Of a DNA stretch of 64,000 nucleotides, positions 1-11,342 are shown one piece after another. The position numbers and the translations under genes are program-made. The DNA is from Macrostomum lignano. Lineage: Eukaryota. The stretch lies in contig NIVC01000535.1 of NCBI GenBank assembly GCA_002269645.1, positions 62,001 to 126,000 of the forward strand, given 5' to 3'. Numbering within the stretch: position 1 is the stretch's first letter; every line of letters starts with the position of its first letter. The notes below the pieces were generated by a model. It made no database searches and had not been told where the DNA came from. It saw nothing but the letters and a program-made list of their open reading frames with translations.

Positions 1-481
1 TTTAAAAACACCCAGAAGCATTACTTTGCATATTTTAATTACAACATCTGCATTTCTAGAAATTCCGTCAGTCAGTCGACAGTAAGCTGTTCTGAATTAT
101 AATGGTTCTTTTTACTTTGTAAAATTATCTACGAGCCTATTATCTGCAGGAATAATTGACTGCGAGCCAACTGCATGCTGTAGAATGGCTTTTTAGCACA
201 TCCCCAAGCCAATGTTGGCTCGAACAATCGATGACGATGACACGACCGCCGACCGGGTCGACCCCACTCGAGTAATTGTAATTGTAATGCAAATTGTAAT
301 TTTGAAGTAGATGAAATGTAAATTGTAAGATGTAATTATATTGCTTATAGAAAATTATTGTACAAACGATTGATTATTGTTATCTGGAAGTGTTAGGCAA
401 TCTTTAAGATATGCATAGGCCTAGGCCTACCATATAATATAAGCAGCTATGCATATTGCATACCCCCATAGGCAGTTGTTA

Positions 482-603
482 TTGCAGGCAATTTTCGCTG
501 CATGCCATTAGCATTGCTTGCAGGCAATTTTCGCTGCATGCCATTAGAATTGCTTACAAGCAATTTTCGCTGCATGCCATTAGAATTGCTTGCAGGCAAT
601 TTT
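482..603. repeat. short tandem repeat, 36-bp unit, ~3.3 copies
   Basis: TTGCAGGCAATTTTCGCTGCATGCCATTAG.. recurs at 482, 518, 554 and 590. Confidence 0.85.
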
Positions 604-1753
604 GAACTAGCAATTGTGAATTTGATTAAACTGATTTAATTTAACTATAAATTTAATTTTTAAAAATGCAGTTTTTGTCATGCACATCAAACAAGTGACA
701 AGATTAGCCTAAATGCTTATAAAGATATCATAGGCCCCCAAAGTGATAGAAGGTAAACCCCAAACCCAAAACACTGACTCTGAAACCAAAACCCAACTTG
801 GACCCTGTACCTAGAACCCAGAACTCCACCTGGACCTAAACCTACCCAACCAACCCTAAACTTTTCCTAAGAGGAGAATATTTTATCTTAGGCTTTTTGT
901 AATAATCTTTTATAAATGACAATTGAACTTGAAGGGAATTATTCATCCTGAGATACCTCTAGTAGTCTACTTCTTGCTCTCTAGTTCTGACTCCCTAACT
1001 CCTAGGCCTATTCTAGTTATTAGCTTAAGTCTTTATTCCTTTCTTCTCTATAATCTAATCTAACTTCTTAAGATCTTATTCAGTTATTCTTAGCATTGAC
1101 TTTAATATCTACTTAGAAGAGGGGCTATCATTATTTTTACCAACTTGGGTTTAAGTTATCATTGTTAGTGCAACATCTAAATCTACCTTAATGAAGAATT
1201 TAAAAAAATAGGTATAAATAAGCTAATCTTTAATTTTTTAATTAAAAATTTACATCTACTCCAAAAACAAAAAATGACCATTATTTATTATTATAATTAT
1301 TAATAATTATTGCATAGCATAGGTTTAACCAAATGAGGACTATATGTAATAGGCGCAGTTAAGAAGACTTGGCAATTGGCATTGATGAGCAATCCAACTA
1401 TACTAAATGTCTAAGATTTGTCTTCCTCCCATATACTAAAAATAGTTTGTTGGTAGGTAGGTACCTATGTGATAAATTAGAGAAAAAATGGCTTAACCAA
1501 TTTTCATGAGACTTGCATAGTTGCACCAGTTGTTCAATTAGAAATTTTCTGGTGATAGTACATGTGTCTTGACTAAGAAATTGCTTGATGCTAAAGGGAT
1601 TAAATACTCAAAAACATGCTTTTTAGCAAAAGTCAAGCAAACTTTTTGACTTGAAATGCTTTGTAAGAATGCTAGAAAAAACTGACTGGTTGAATTTTGA
1701 TTCTAAATTAAAATTTTAATGTCAAGAAAAGTAAAATACTTTTTAAAAAGAAG

Positions 1754-2181
1754 TGTCATGTAAAAATCATAGAAACATCAGGTAAACAATCATAGAAGTG
1801 TCATAAAAAATCATAGAAGCATCATGTAAAAAATCATAGAAGCGTCATGTAAAAAAATCATAGAAGTGTCATGTAAACAATCATAGAAATATCATGTAAA
1901 CAATCATAGAAGCGTCATAAAAATTATAGAAGTGTTTTGCCGAAAGTCATAGAAGTGTCATGTGAAGAATCATTGAAGTGTCATATAAACAATCATAGAA
2001 ACGTTATATAAACAATCATTGAAGTGTCATGTAAAAATCAGAAGCATCATATAAAAAGTCATAGAAGCGTCATGTAAAAAATTATAGAAGTGTCATATAA
2101 AGAATCAAAAGCGTCATGTAAAAAATCATAGAAGTGTCCTATAAAAAATCATAGAAGTGTCATTTAAAAAATCATAGAAGT
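1754..2181. repeat. degenerate ~20-22 bp minisatellite
   Basis: AAGTGTCATGTAAAAAATCATAG-like unit repeated ~20 times; one more unit at ~2612-2635 beyond the LINE insertion. Confidence 0.9.
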
Positions 2182-2192
2182 GTCCTTGACAA

Positions 2193-2578
2193 CAATAACA
2201 ACAACAACAAGGTACTGCTCCCGCCGGCCACACAGTAGCCAGTAAGGGGGGAGCAGTCAGAAAGTGTGTCTCTGGACCATTGCCCTCAGGAAGTCGCATC
2301 CCCCTGCTTGGTCCAGGGCGCCAGCGTCACTCAAGTCTGTCAGGGTATCACACCATTTGCCCTTGGCCTCGCCTCTGCGGTCCCTGCAGCTTGAGTAGCA
2401 GCATGTCGTGTAGCGGCTCAGGACAGTGGGCCTCCAACCGGATGACATGGCCAGCCAGTCAAAGTTGCTGTCCGCGCAGCAGGTCAGAAGGCCGCATCAG
2501 GCGCACCCTAGTGTAGAGTGCAGCATTGGTCTTGCTGCCTGGGCCACTGCGCACTCCAAAAGCTGCATGCCGTGCGGC
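2193..2578 (-). mobile_element. 5'-truncated RTE/RTEX-type non-LTR retrotransposon (3' end of ORF2, TTG-repeat tail)
   Basis: Flanked by an 11-bp target-site duplication GTCCTTGACAA (2182-2192 and 2579-2589); (CAA)n tail at the left end; minus frame reads NAALYTRVRLMRPSDLLRGQQL*LAGHVIRLEAHCPEPLHDMLLLKLQGPQRRGQGQMV*YPDRL, matching the RRL.LAGH..R / RGRP C-terminal pattern of RTE-type ORF2. Confidence 0.8.
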
Positions 2579-3299
2579 GTCCTTGACAAAAGAAGCATTA
2601 TGTCAGACAGAAAGTGTCATGTAAAAAATTTCATATGAAACTGTGTGCTGTGACTCTTAGGGAGAAATACTTTTGATCTCAAAGCTTATGGGGGGAATAG
2701 CTGAGATGTCAAGGCTCATGGGAGAATAACTGAGATGTTAAGGCTAAGTCAGAAGCTATATATAGTTAATTCAAAACTTTTTATTACATTATTTGTTGCC
2801 TTATCATAGGGGAGTATGTTAAGGCTTGTGGGGGGGGAATTGCTAACATATCAAGGCTTACAAGGGACTGCTAAGGTATATTGCAAAGAGACACTACATG
2901 TAGTTTATTAAACTTGTATTGCATTTTTTTGGCTCCCCAATAGGGGGCACTAATTGCTAGTTGGGGACACTAAGCAATTGGGCGCAATTAAAAAGACTTG
3001 GCAGTTGGCATTGATGAGCATTCATAACCCTTATTTCAAGTCACTTATCTATATTGTCAAATTTGTCATCTCATAGAAACATTATTTTCCTAATAAAAGA
3101 GCTTGATGGGTACAACATTCCATTTATTTAAAAAACACAGCTGCACTAAAGGCATATTCTTAAAAAAAGGAGATAGCTGGTATAGTCAAATCTGATTTAG
3201 CTAGCTCTACTAGCTTGGGAAGGTCAGTGCTATTAGATTTCTAGAATTCACAAACTGGAATTTCAAAGTTTTTCTAGGCCAGACTTCAGTACAATGATA

Positions 3300-4142
3300 G
3301 TTGGTTGGTGGCCTTGCAAGGAATCTCTTTTTTTTCAAGCTGTTTGCAGTTGTAATAGATAATCCTGAAGTAGATCCATTGGCCTCACTTTGGCACTCTT
3401 GCAGTGTTATTCTGGTAGAATAGCAAAATTGCAAGAACTTGCTACTGCCTTCTTTATTTTAATTTGACTCTTGATTTGCCTATTTGCCTGTGATTATCAT
3501 GTAGGCATGATTCATTCTATCAGTCCACATGTCTATCATGAAATTGATAACATTTGGCATTTTAAAATATATCTTTTAGAAAAGCCACTTGCTCTTCAAA
3601 TAATGAGGCAACTCAATGTGACACCTATTGACTTGGGGCTATATAGCCTAACATAGCCATTGCAATGAAGCCTGTTATGCCTTTTTTATGGAAATCACCA
3701 AATGAGTGACTATCTTGGATAATTGCCTTTATAGCCACCTTGTCTAACTTCTTTACAAAGGCACTGAAAAGTAGATGAGTTCTAGGCTTGACAGGTCCCC
3801 TGGTCATAACAGTAATAAGAGTGTTAGAAAACTACCAATAAGCTTCACTTGCTTCATAGAAGTTAAAGGCTTAGGAGCAGAAGACTGCTCATTTTCCTCA
3901 CTAACTATTAGGCTTAGTATACTAGACTTAGAAATAGAAGCTAGAACTTTGCTACTAGTACTTTCTTTAGTAGAAACTAACTTATGCTGACTTCGGAGGT
4001 GGTTTAACATTGATTTGGTAGAACCATCCTTTTGAAGCTTAATTTTTGAATTGCACTCCTTACAAATGGCATGCTGTTTATTAGCTGCTTTTATAAAATG
4101 TTTCCAGATATTAGACTTCATGAATGCATGGCAGTGTTGCAA
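3300..4142 (-). mobile_element. degenerate hAT-superfamily transposase (BED zinc finger plus start of DDE domain)
   Basis: BED finger SNIWKHF..AICKEC..GSTKSMLNHLRSQH (ORF 3804-4142); then IKAIIQDSHSFGDF..GITGFI..LGYIAPSQ (3625-3807); then FMIDMWTDRMNHAYMIITG (first catalytic Asp motif, ~3490-3545); broken by frameshifts and stops. Left boundary approximate. Confidence 0.85.
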
Positions 4143-5806
4143 TTGTAGCTTAGCTTAGCAATATAATTTGTTTTAATGGCAGCTTGGCAGATGACTAAGT
4201 AAAGTAGTTGAAATGATTGTATATTCAAAGTAAATAAATTGTGTATAAGAGAAATATTTTAATAAAAAAATCAGGGATTCAGGGATTATTATTTTCTTAA
4301 AAAATCCCATGTAGACAATGAATACTTAAGGAAAACCATTAAAAATTTGATTTTGTTCTTATTACACATAGTATACTAACCAAATAGGCTTAAGGCTTAA
4401 TTATAAAATTTATTCAATTAATTAACTAAAAATAATAATTTTATGAATATCAATATATGCTTTTATACAAAAACATAGGAATAAAAAAGTACTATGGCCT
4501 TATATTCTAATGAATTGGCAATAAAATAAAATACAAATATACTTCATTTTCAAAGATTTTGTTGAAAGTCTTGGCTCTTAATCCATGGTTAAAAGTGGTT
4601 AGTACATTTCTATCTATAGCATAATGATCATATTTTCTAAAATTAGTTTTTGTGTTGTAGCTTTAGTTAAACTAAATAAATTAAAAATAAATTTTAATTA
4701 AAAAAACTTAAAATGCATCTGGCTGGCTAAACTAAAAATAATAGGCCTAGTAGGTCTAGGCAATTGTGAGGCTAGGCCTAGGCATATTTTTTTAATACAA
4801 ACAATTACTTAAGAAGAACAAAAAGAACAATGTACTTAGGCTACTATTCTAATACTATGCCATATATATAATTATTAAATAGTACTTAATAGATAGTATA
4901 CTATAGGTATAGTCATTAGTGGGGTGTTTAGTTAAATTTATCTGACAACTGCAACATAAGCTACAACTAGGGGGGCCTACAAGCCACAACCCTCAGTGTA
5001 GGACTACAATTAATTGGCTAGAATTCTGGAAGCATAATTATGTTTCAATACAGAATAGAATTAACAGTAACACTATTATATTTAGGTCTAATAAAGGCTG
5101 AATATTATGATATGGAATGCCAATTTGCTAAATGACTGTCAAAATGTTGATAGGTGAAATCAGAAATGTCACAGGATGATGTGCTATTGTTTTGAAGTTT
5201 AAAAATTTGCCTTTTATACTAAGTGTTACATGATGACATTAGGAGAGATTAATTTTTAAAATAGCTAGTTTATTTTTCATTTAAACCTGAACCTGAACAT
5301 CCTACCTACCCCAAACCCAGTACCAAACCTGACCCAAAACCTGACCTGACCCCAAACCCTGAATACCCTTAATAACTATATAGCATTTTTGTTGTAAAAT
5401 TTATAAGGATGTGTACGTATAGATTTATAATTAGTGTTTGCCTAAATGGGGTCCTACTATAGATGTAGCTGTTGTAAAAACATTTTTAGGCTTTTTGTTA
5501 TATTTTTACTTTCTCATTGATCCATGCTACCATTTTGATGTAATGTTTCATTTTTCCTAATAAATAGTTTAAAATAAATAAAAACTAGGGCTTGTTGTTT
5601 TCTGTGGGTGTATTTTCAACAGCTATAGGTACCCATTTTACTATAGTTGCTGTAGTGTTTTTTAGCTATATCTAAAAGTGAAACTAGAAGTTAACTAACT
5701 GTAAATGAGTCTTAATTCAATGATTGCTAAGTGGTAGAACATTATTAATCATACTCATGCAACTGTTATCTGCCTGAATAGCTTGGTCATAATATTAACA
5801 ACGAAG

Positions 5807-5821
5807 TACTAACTATATCAG
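5807..5821 (+). promoter_or_regulatory. branch point plus 3' splice acceptor upstream of PSMC4 ATG (candidate trans-splice site)
   Basis: TACTAAC at 5807-5813 followed by TATATCAG (AG 5820-5821), 20 nt before the start codon. Confidence 0.5.
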
Positions 5822-5841
5822 CTGTCATCAACACACTAATA

Positions 5842-8444
5842 ATGGAAGAGATTGGCCTGCCCCCTTCCGGTTCGGACAAGGAGCTTTCTGATTTGTCCTC
5901 GGCCACTGATTCTGCTGTCCGGCCGGGCAGCGGCCTATCAGCTGTGCCTCCAGATCCCACTCAGCTGGATTCGGACGATCTGTTTGTCCGACTTAAACGT
6001 CTACAACGCGAGCTGGAATTCCTGGATGTTCAGGTAAAGTTTACAGTTAATTAACTCATTTGTCGAAGGTTTTTTTTTATTTGGGTCGCTCTCGCCTCAC
6101 CATGCATACACGAGTTGATCCAATACATGAACTACAGGTAGTGAGGTACAGTGGCTGTGTGCACAGTCTTGAGTACATGTACTGGGGTAAGGTGGCTGTG
6201 TACGCAGTCTTGAGTACATGTACTGGGGTAATGTGGCTGTGTACGCAGTCTTGAGTACATGTACTGGGGTAAGGTGGCTGTGTACGCAGTCTTGAGTACA
6301 TGTACTGGGGTAATGTGGCTGTGTACGCAGTCTTGAGTACATGTACTGGGGTAAGGTGGCTGTGTACGCAGTCTTGAGTACATGTACTGGAGTAAGGTGG
6401 CTGTGTACGCAGTCTTGGGTACATGTACTGGGGTAAGGTGGCTGTGTACGCAGTCTTGAGTACATGTACTGGGGTAAGGTGGCTGTGTACACAGTCTTGA
6501 GTACATGTACTGGGGTAAGGTGGCTGTGTACGCAGTCTTGAGTACATGCACTGGGGTAAGGTGGCTGTGTACGCAGTCTTGAGTACATGCACTGGGGTAA
6601 GGTGGCTGTGTACGCAGTCTTGAGTACATGCACTGGGGGGAACAGTGGCTGTGTACACAGTCTCCAGTACATGCACCTTGGGTAACAGTGGCTGTGTGTG
6701 TACTCTAGACACTTTCAAATAGTGTTTTATTGATGCAGAAACTTTGGCATCTGGTTGTAGCGTAAAAAGTAATCTACACTACATATCGGATAGCGACAAC
6801 GATCTCGGGAGTCGGGGATGATGGTTTCAAATTGGTTTAGCTTCACAGTTTCATCATATTAATTGACTGACAGGAAGGCTACGTGAAAGACGAGCAGAAG
6901 AATTTAAAGAAGGAATTCCTCCACGCCCAAGAGGAAGTCAAACGAATCCAGAGCGTGCCGCTGGTTATTGGCCAATTCCTCGAGGCTGTCGATCAGAACT
7001 ACGGCATTGTGGGATCCACAACCGGTTCTAATTATTATGTCCGCATTCTGAGCACGCTGGACCGCGAGTCGCTTCGGCCCAGCGCCTCTGTCGCCTTGCA
7101 CAAGCACAGCAACGCTCTGGTTGACGTGCTGCCCCCCGAGGCCGACTCCAGCATCAGCATGCTGTCAGCCGATCAGAAGCCAAACGTCACCTATGCCGAC
7201 ATTGGCGGTATGGACATACAGAAACAGGAGGTGCGCGAGGCCGTTGAACTGCCGCTGACTCATTTTGAACTCTATCGTCAGATTGGCATCGATCCGCCTA
7301 GGGGTGTGCTCATGTTCGGGCCGCCTGGTGAGTTCATTTTACACGTGAATGGGGCGTAGCCTAGCGTCCTAGGCTCGATTCCAACTGCAGTCTAGTTAAT
7401 TTAGGGCTAAATTAGAATCTCAGCTTGGATCTGCTCGTAAGGCAAATTCTATGTAGTAAACGGTAGCTTTTAGTTAATTGGTTATTCATTTTGTCGGAGC
7501 TACACCTGCAAAGTTAAGCAAAGTTAGTCGCGGTTAGTACGCAGCTGAATAAAATGTCTGTGTGAGAGCGAGTGTTAAAGACGAAAAATCTAAAAAAATA
7601 ACTAAATTTCAAACTTAAACTTGTAATAAGCTAGGACCGGTTGCTAGGTGCCTCCGCTCTTCATCAGCTGGTCTAGCTTCTCAGATCAGCTAGGACCTCA
7701 CTTGCAGTTTGTCCAAGGTGCTATTTTTAACAATTTACAGAAGAAAAAATAAAACACGTTACTTTCTACTCCATTCAGGTAAAATAATGTTATATTTTTT
7801 TCATAAAAACAGGCACAGGCAAAACTATGCTAGCCAAAGCGGTGGCCCATCACACCACGGCCGCTTTTATCCGGGTTGTTGGCAGCGAATTCGTGCAGAA
7901 ATACCTGGGCGAAGGGCCCCGCATGGTGCGCGACGTGTTCCGCTTGGCAAAGGAGAACGCGCCGGCCATTATCTTCATCGACGAGGTGGACGCCATCGCT
8001 ACTAAACGGTTCGACGCCCAGACTGGAGCCGATCGAGAGGTTCAACGCATCCTGCTCGAGCTGCTCAACCAGATGGACGGCTTCGACCAGACCGTGAACG
8101 TCAAGGTCATCATGGCCACCAACCGGGCTGACACGCTGGACCCGGCGCTGCTCCGCCCGGGCCGGCTCGATCGCAAAATCGAATTCCCAATGCCGGACAG
8201 GCGGCAGAAGCGCCTCATCTTCCAGGCCATCGCCGGCAAGATGAACCTGTCAGACGAGCTGGACCTGGAGGACTACGTGGCCAGGCCGGACAAGATCACT
8301 GGCGCCGATATTAACGCCATCTGTCAGGAGGCCGGCATGCAGGCTGTGAGAGAGAATCGCTACGTTGTGCTGCCTAAAGACTTTGAGAAAGGCTACAAGG
8401 CCAGCCTGAAGAAGGACATGCAGGAGTTGGAATTCTACAATTGA
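5842..8444 (+). CDS. PSMC4: 26S proteasome regulatory subunit 6B / Rpt3 AAA-ATPase, 425 aa; exons 5842-6033, 6874-7327, 7813-8444
   Basis: [42 protein letters not shown], Walker A GPPG|TGKT rebuilt across intron 2, Walker B IIFIDEVD; all introns GT-AG with consistent phase. Confidence 0.97.
6140..6715. repeat. 41-bp minisatellite in PSMC4 intron 1
   Basis: GTGGCTGTGTACGCAGTCTTGAGTACATGTACTGGGGTAAG, ~13 copies. Confidence 0.95.
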
Positions 8445-8994
8445 TGCTATTTGCTCCGTGTCTGCTGTCATGCCCTTTCTTCTGTTCTATCCATGCAAAC
8501 ACACTTATAAATGACAATATAGAATATTTGTTTGTCAGCACTGCTCTTACAGTATCCTAGTGGGTCTTCGGGGGGGGTACATTTTCTAATGAATAATTAA
8601 CAAAAGTCAATTAGACTCCGAACTAAAATTTAATATAATTTGTTTCTACCTGCGGCGCCGTGCATTTTAATTATCCCCAAGTTATTTCGTGTACCGTCAG
8701 TTTCAGTTTGCACCTGTTCCATCAGTAGCAGCATCCATTAGTAACCGCCACTTATGTTATTTAATATCCGGTATATGAATTTGTAATAACAGTCGGGTGA
8801 GTTGATCGCACTGTGCCTGCCTAGTTTGACTGGCATAGCAGAAGCAGATAATAAATTAATGTATGCCTGGCAATTGACCGCGTTATGTATTTGTGTTTCT
8901 CTTTGTGTTCTTGTTTTTTTGTATTTTTGGGCTTAATAAAGAGTCTAGTTGTGATGCACCATAGTATCCTTCTAAAGTCGGTCAGATCCCGATG

Positions 8995-9640
8995 GAAAGT
9001 CAGCACTTGTGTTAAATCTCTGATAGAAGGTCAGCATGTCAGATCCCTGATTGAAAATCAGCGCCTCGTGTCAGATCTCTGAGAGAATGTCAGCACCCCG
9101 TGTCAGAGCCCTGACGGAAGGTCAGCACCCGTGTCAGATCCCCGAGGGATGGTCAGCACCCGTGTCAGACCACTGATGGAAGGTCAGCACTCACTGTGTC
9201 AGATCCCCGAGGGAAGGTCAGCACCCGTGTCAGACCACTGATGGAAGGTCAGCACTCACTGTGTCAGATCCCCGAGGGAAGGTCAGCACCCGTGTCAGAG
9301 CCCTGATGGAAGGTCAGCACCCGTGTCAGAGCCCTTATGGAAGGTCAGCACCCGTGTCAGAGCCCTGAGGAAAGGTCGGCACTCACTCTGTGTCAGACTC
9401 AGATCCCCGAGGGAAGGTCAGCACCCGTGTCAGAGCCCTGAGGGAAGGTCAGCACCCGTGTCAGAGCCCTGAGGGAAGGTCAGCACCCGTGTCAGAGCCC
9501 TGATGGAAGGTCAGCACCCGTGTCAGAGCCCCGAGGAAAGGTTAGCACCCGTGTCAGAGCCCTGATGGAAGGTCAGCACCTGTGTCAGAGCCCTGAGGAA
9601 AGGTCAGCACTCACTCTGTGTCAGAGCCCCGAGGGAAGGT
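8995..9640. repeat. ~30-bp minisatellite between PSMC4 and PSMD14
   Basis: GAAGGTCAGCACCCGTGTCAGAGCCCTGAT-type units, ~20 copies. Confidence 0.95.
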
Positions 9641-9724
9641 TTAACCAGTAGAAGAGGCTGCAATAGAAGACGAATCCAGTGCAAACCATATTGCAAAACA
9701 CTTGCAGTTCTAACAAGCACCGGA

Positions 9725-11342
9725 ATGGACCGACTGCTTCGTCTCGGCGCCGCTGGCGGTCTTGGCTCGCTCGGCCAGACGGCCGCACCGTCGGACGGCC
9801 CGATGCCGGACACGGCCGAGCAGGTGTACATCAGCTCGCTGGCGCTATTAAAGATGCTCAAGCACGGCCGAGCCGGAGTACCCATGGAAGTCATGGGCCT
9901 AATGCTGGGCGAATTCGTTGACGATTACACGGTTACCGTTGTTGACGTGTTCGCCATGCCGCAATCTGGCACCGGCGTCTCTGTCGAAGCTGTGGATCCC
10001 GTATTCCAGGTGAGTTGTGCAGTGACTCCTTGTAGGATGGCGGTTGTGGCTCTCAGATAGAGGACCAGTGATTCTCAGATAGAGGACCAGTGACTCGCAT
10101 GTGTAGGACCAGTTTCTCTCAGGTGTAGGACCAGTGACTCGCATGTGTAGGACCAGTTTCTCTCAGGTGTAGGACCAGTGACTCGCATGTGTAGGACCAG
10201 TTTCTCTCAGGTGTAGGACCAGTGACTCGCATGTGTAGGACCAGTGACTCTCAGGTGTAGGACCAGTGACTCTCAGATGTAGGACCAGACTCCCAGCTGT
10301 TGGACCAGTGACTCTCAGGTTTAGGACCAGTGACTTTCAGATAAAGGATCAGTGGCTCCCAGATGGAGGACCAGTGGCTCTCAGATAAAAGACCAGTGAC
10401 TCTCAGATGAAGGACCAGTGACTCTCAGATGTAGGACCAGACTCCCAGCTGTTGGACCAGTGACTCTCAGGTTTAGGACCAGTGACTTTCAGATAAAGGA
10501 TCAGTGGCTCCCAGATGGAGGACCAGTGGCTCTCAGATAAAAGACCAGTGACTCTCGCGTGTAGAACCAGTGACTTTCAGATGTAGGCCCAGTGACTCTC
10601 ATTTTAGGCACAGTTGCTCTTTATTAAAGGATCTGGGGACAGCGGCAAAAAGCAAAAATCTATTAATCCACCCCCTCTTTCACAGGCCAAGATGCTGGAC
10701 ATGCTGAAGCAGACGGGCCGACCAGAGATGGTAGTGGGCTGGTACCATTCGCATCCGGGATTCGGCTGCTGGCTATCCGGCGTTGACGTGAACACGCAGC
10801 AGAGCTTTGAGGCCCTGTCCGAACGAGCCGTGGCCGTTGTGGTGGATCCAATCCAATCTGTGAAAGGCAAAGTAGTGATTGACGCGTTCAGGCTAATTAA
10901 TACCAATATGGTGATGCTGGGCCAGGAGCCCCGGCAGACCACTAGCAACATCGGTCACTTGAACAAGCCGTCAATTCAGGCGCTGATCCACGGCTTAAAC
11001 CGGAACTATTATTCAATACCGATTAACTTTCGCAAGAACCGGCTGGAACAGGCTATGCTAATGAATCTGAATAAGCGCAGCTGGCAGGACGGCCTGGCGC
11101 TGTGCGATTTTACTCAGCATTGCAAGGACAACGAGTCTACGGTTAAGGCTATGCTGGACCTCACCCGCTCCTATCACAAAGCGCTAGAGGACGAGCGCCA
11201 GATGACTAAAGAACAATTGGCCGTGAAAAATGTTGGCAAAATCGATCCGAAGCGTCACCTGGAGGAGCAGGTTGACGGCTTGATGACGGCTAATATTAGC
11301 CAGTGCCTCGGGTCCATGCTGCATTCGGTTGTGTTCAACTAA
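9725..11342 (+). CDS. PSMD14: 26S proteasome non-ATPase subunit 14 / Rpn11 JAMM deubiquitinase, 313 aa; exons 9725-10009, 10686-11342
   Basis: MDRLLRLG start, [36 protein letters not shown], intact JAMM motif [16 protein letters not shown]; CAG|gtgag donor and cacag|GCC acceptor, phase 0; AATAAA at 11361. Confidence 0.97.
10055..10600. repeat. ~21-bp minisatellite in PSMD14 intron
   Basis: AGGACCAGTGACTCTCAGATGT-type units with higher-order duplication. Confidence 0.95.

Noticed and set aside
760-860. CCCTAA/ACCC-rich tracts here and at 5280-5370 as interstitial telomere
   Set aside because: Too degenerate, no TTAGGG array; more likely repeat-element low-complexity sequence
6077-6718. Three overlapping minus-strand ORFs of 165-213 aa
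   Set aside because: Translations of the 41-bp intronic minisatellite
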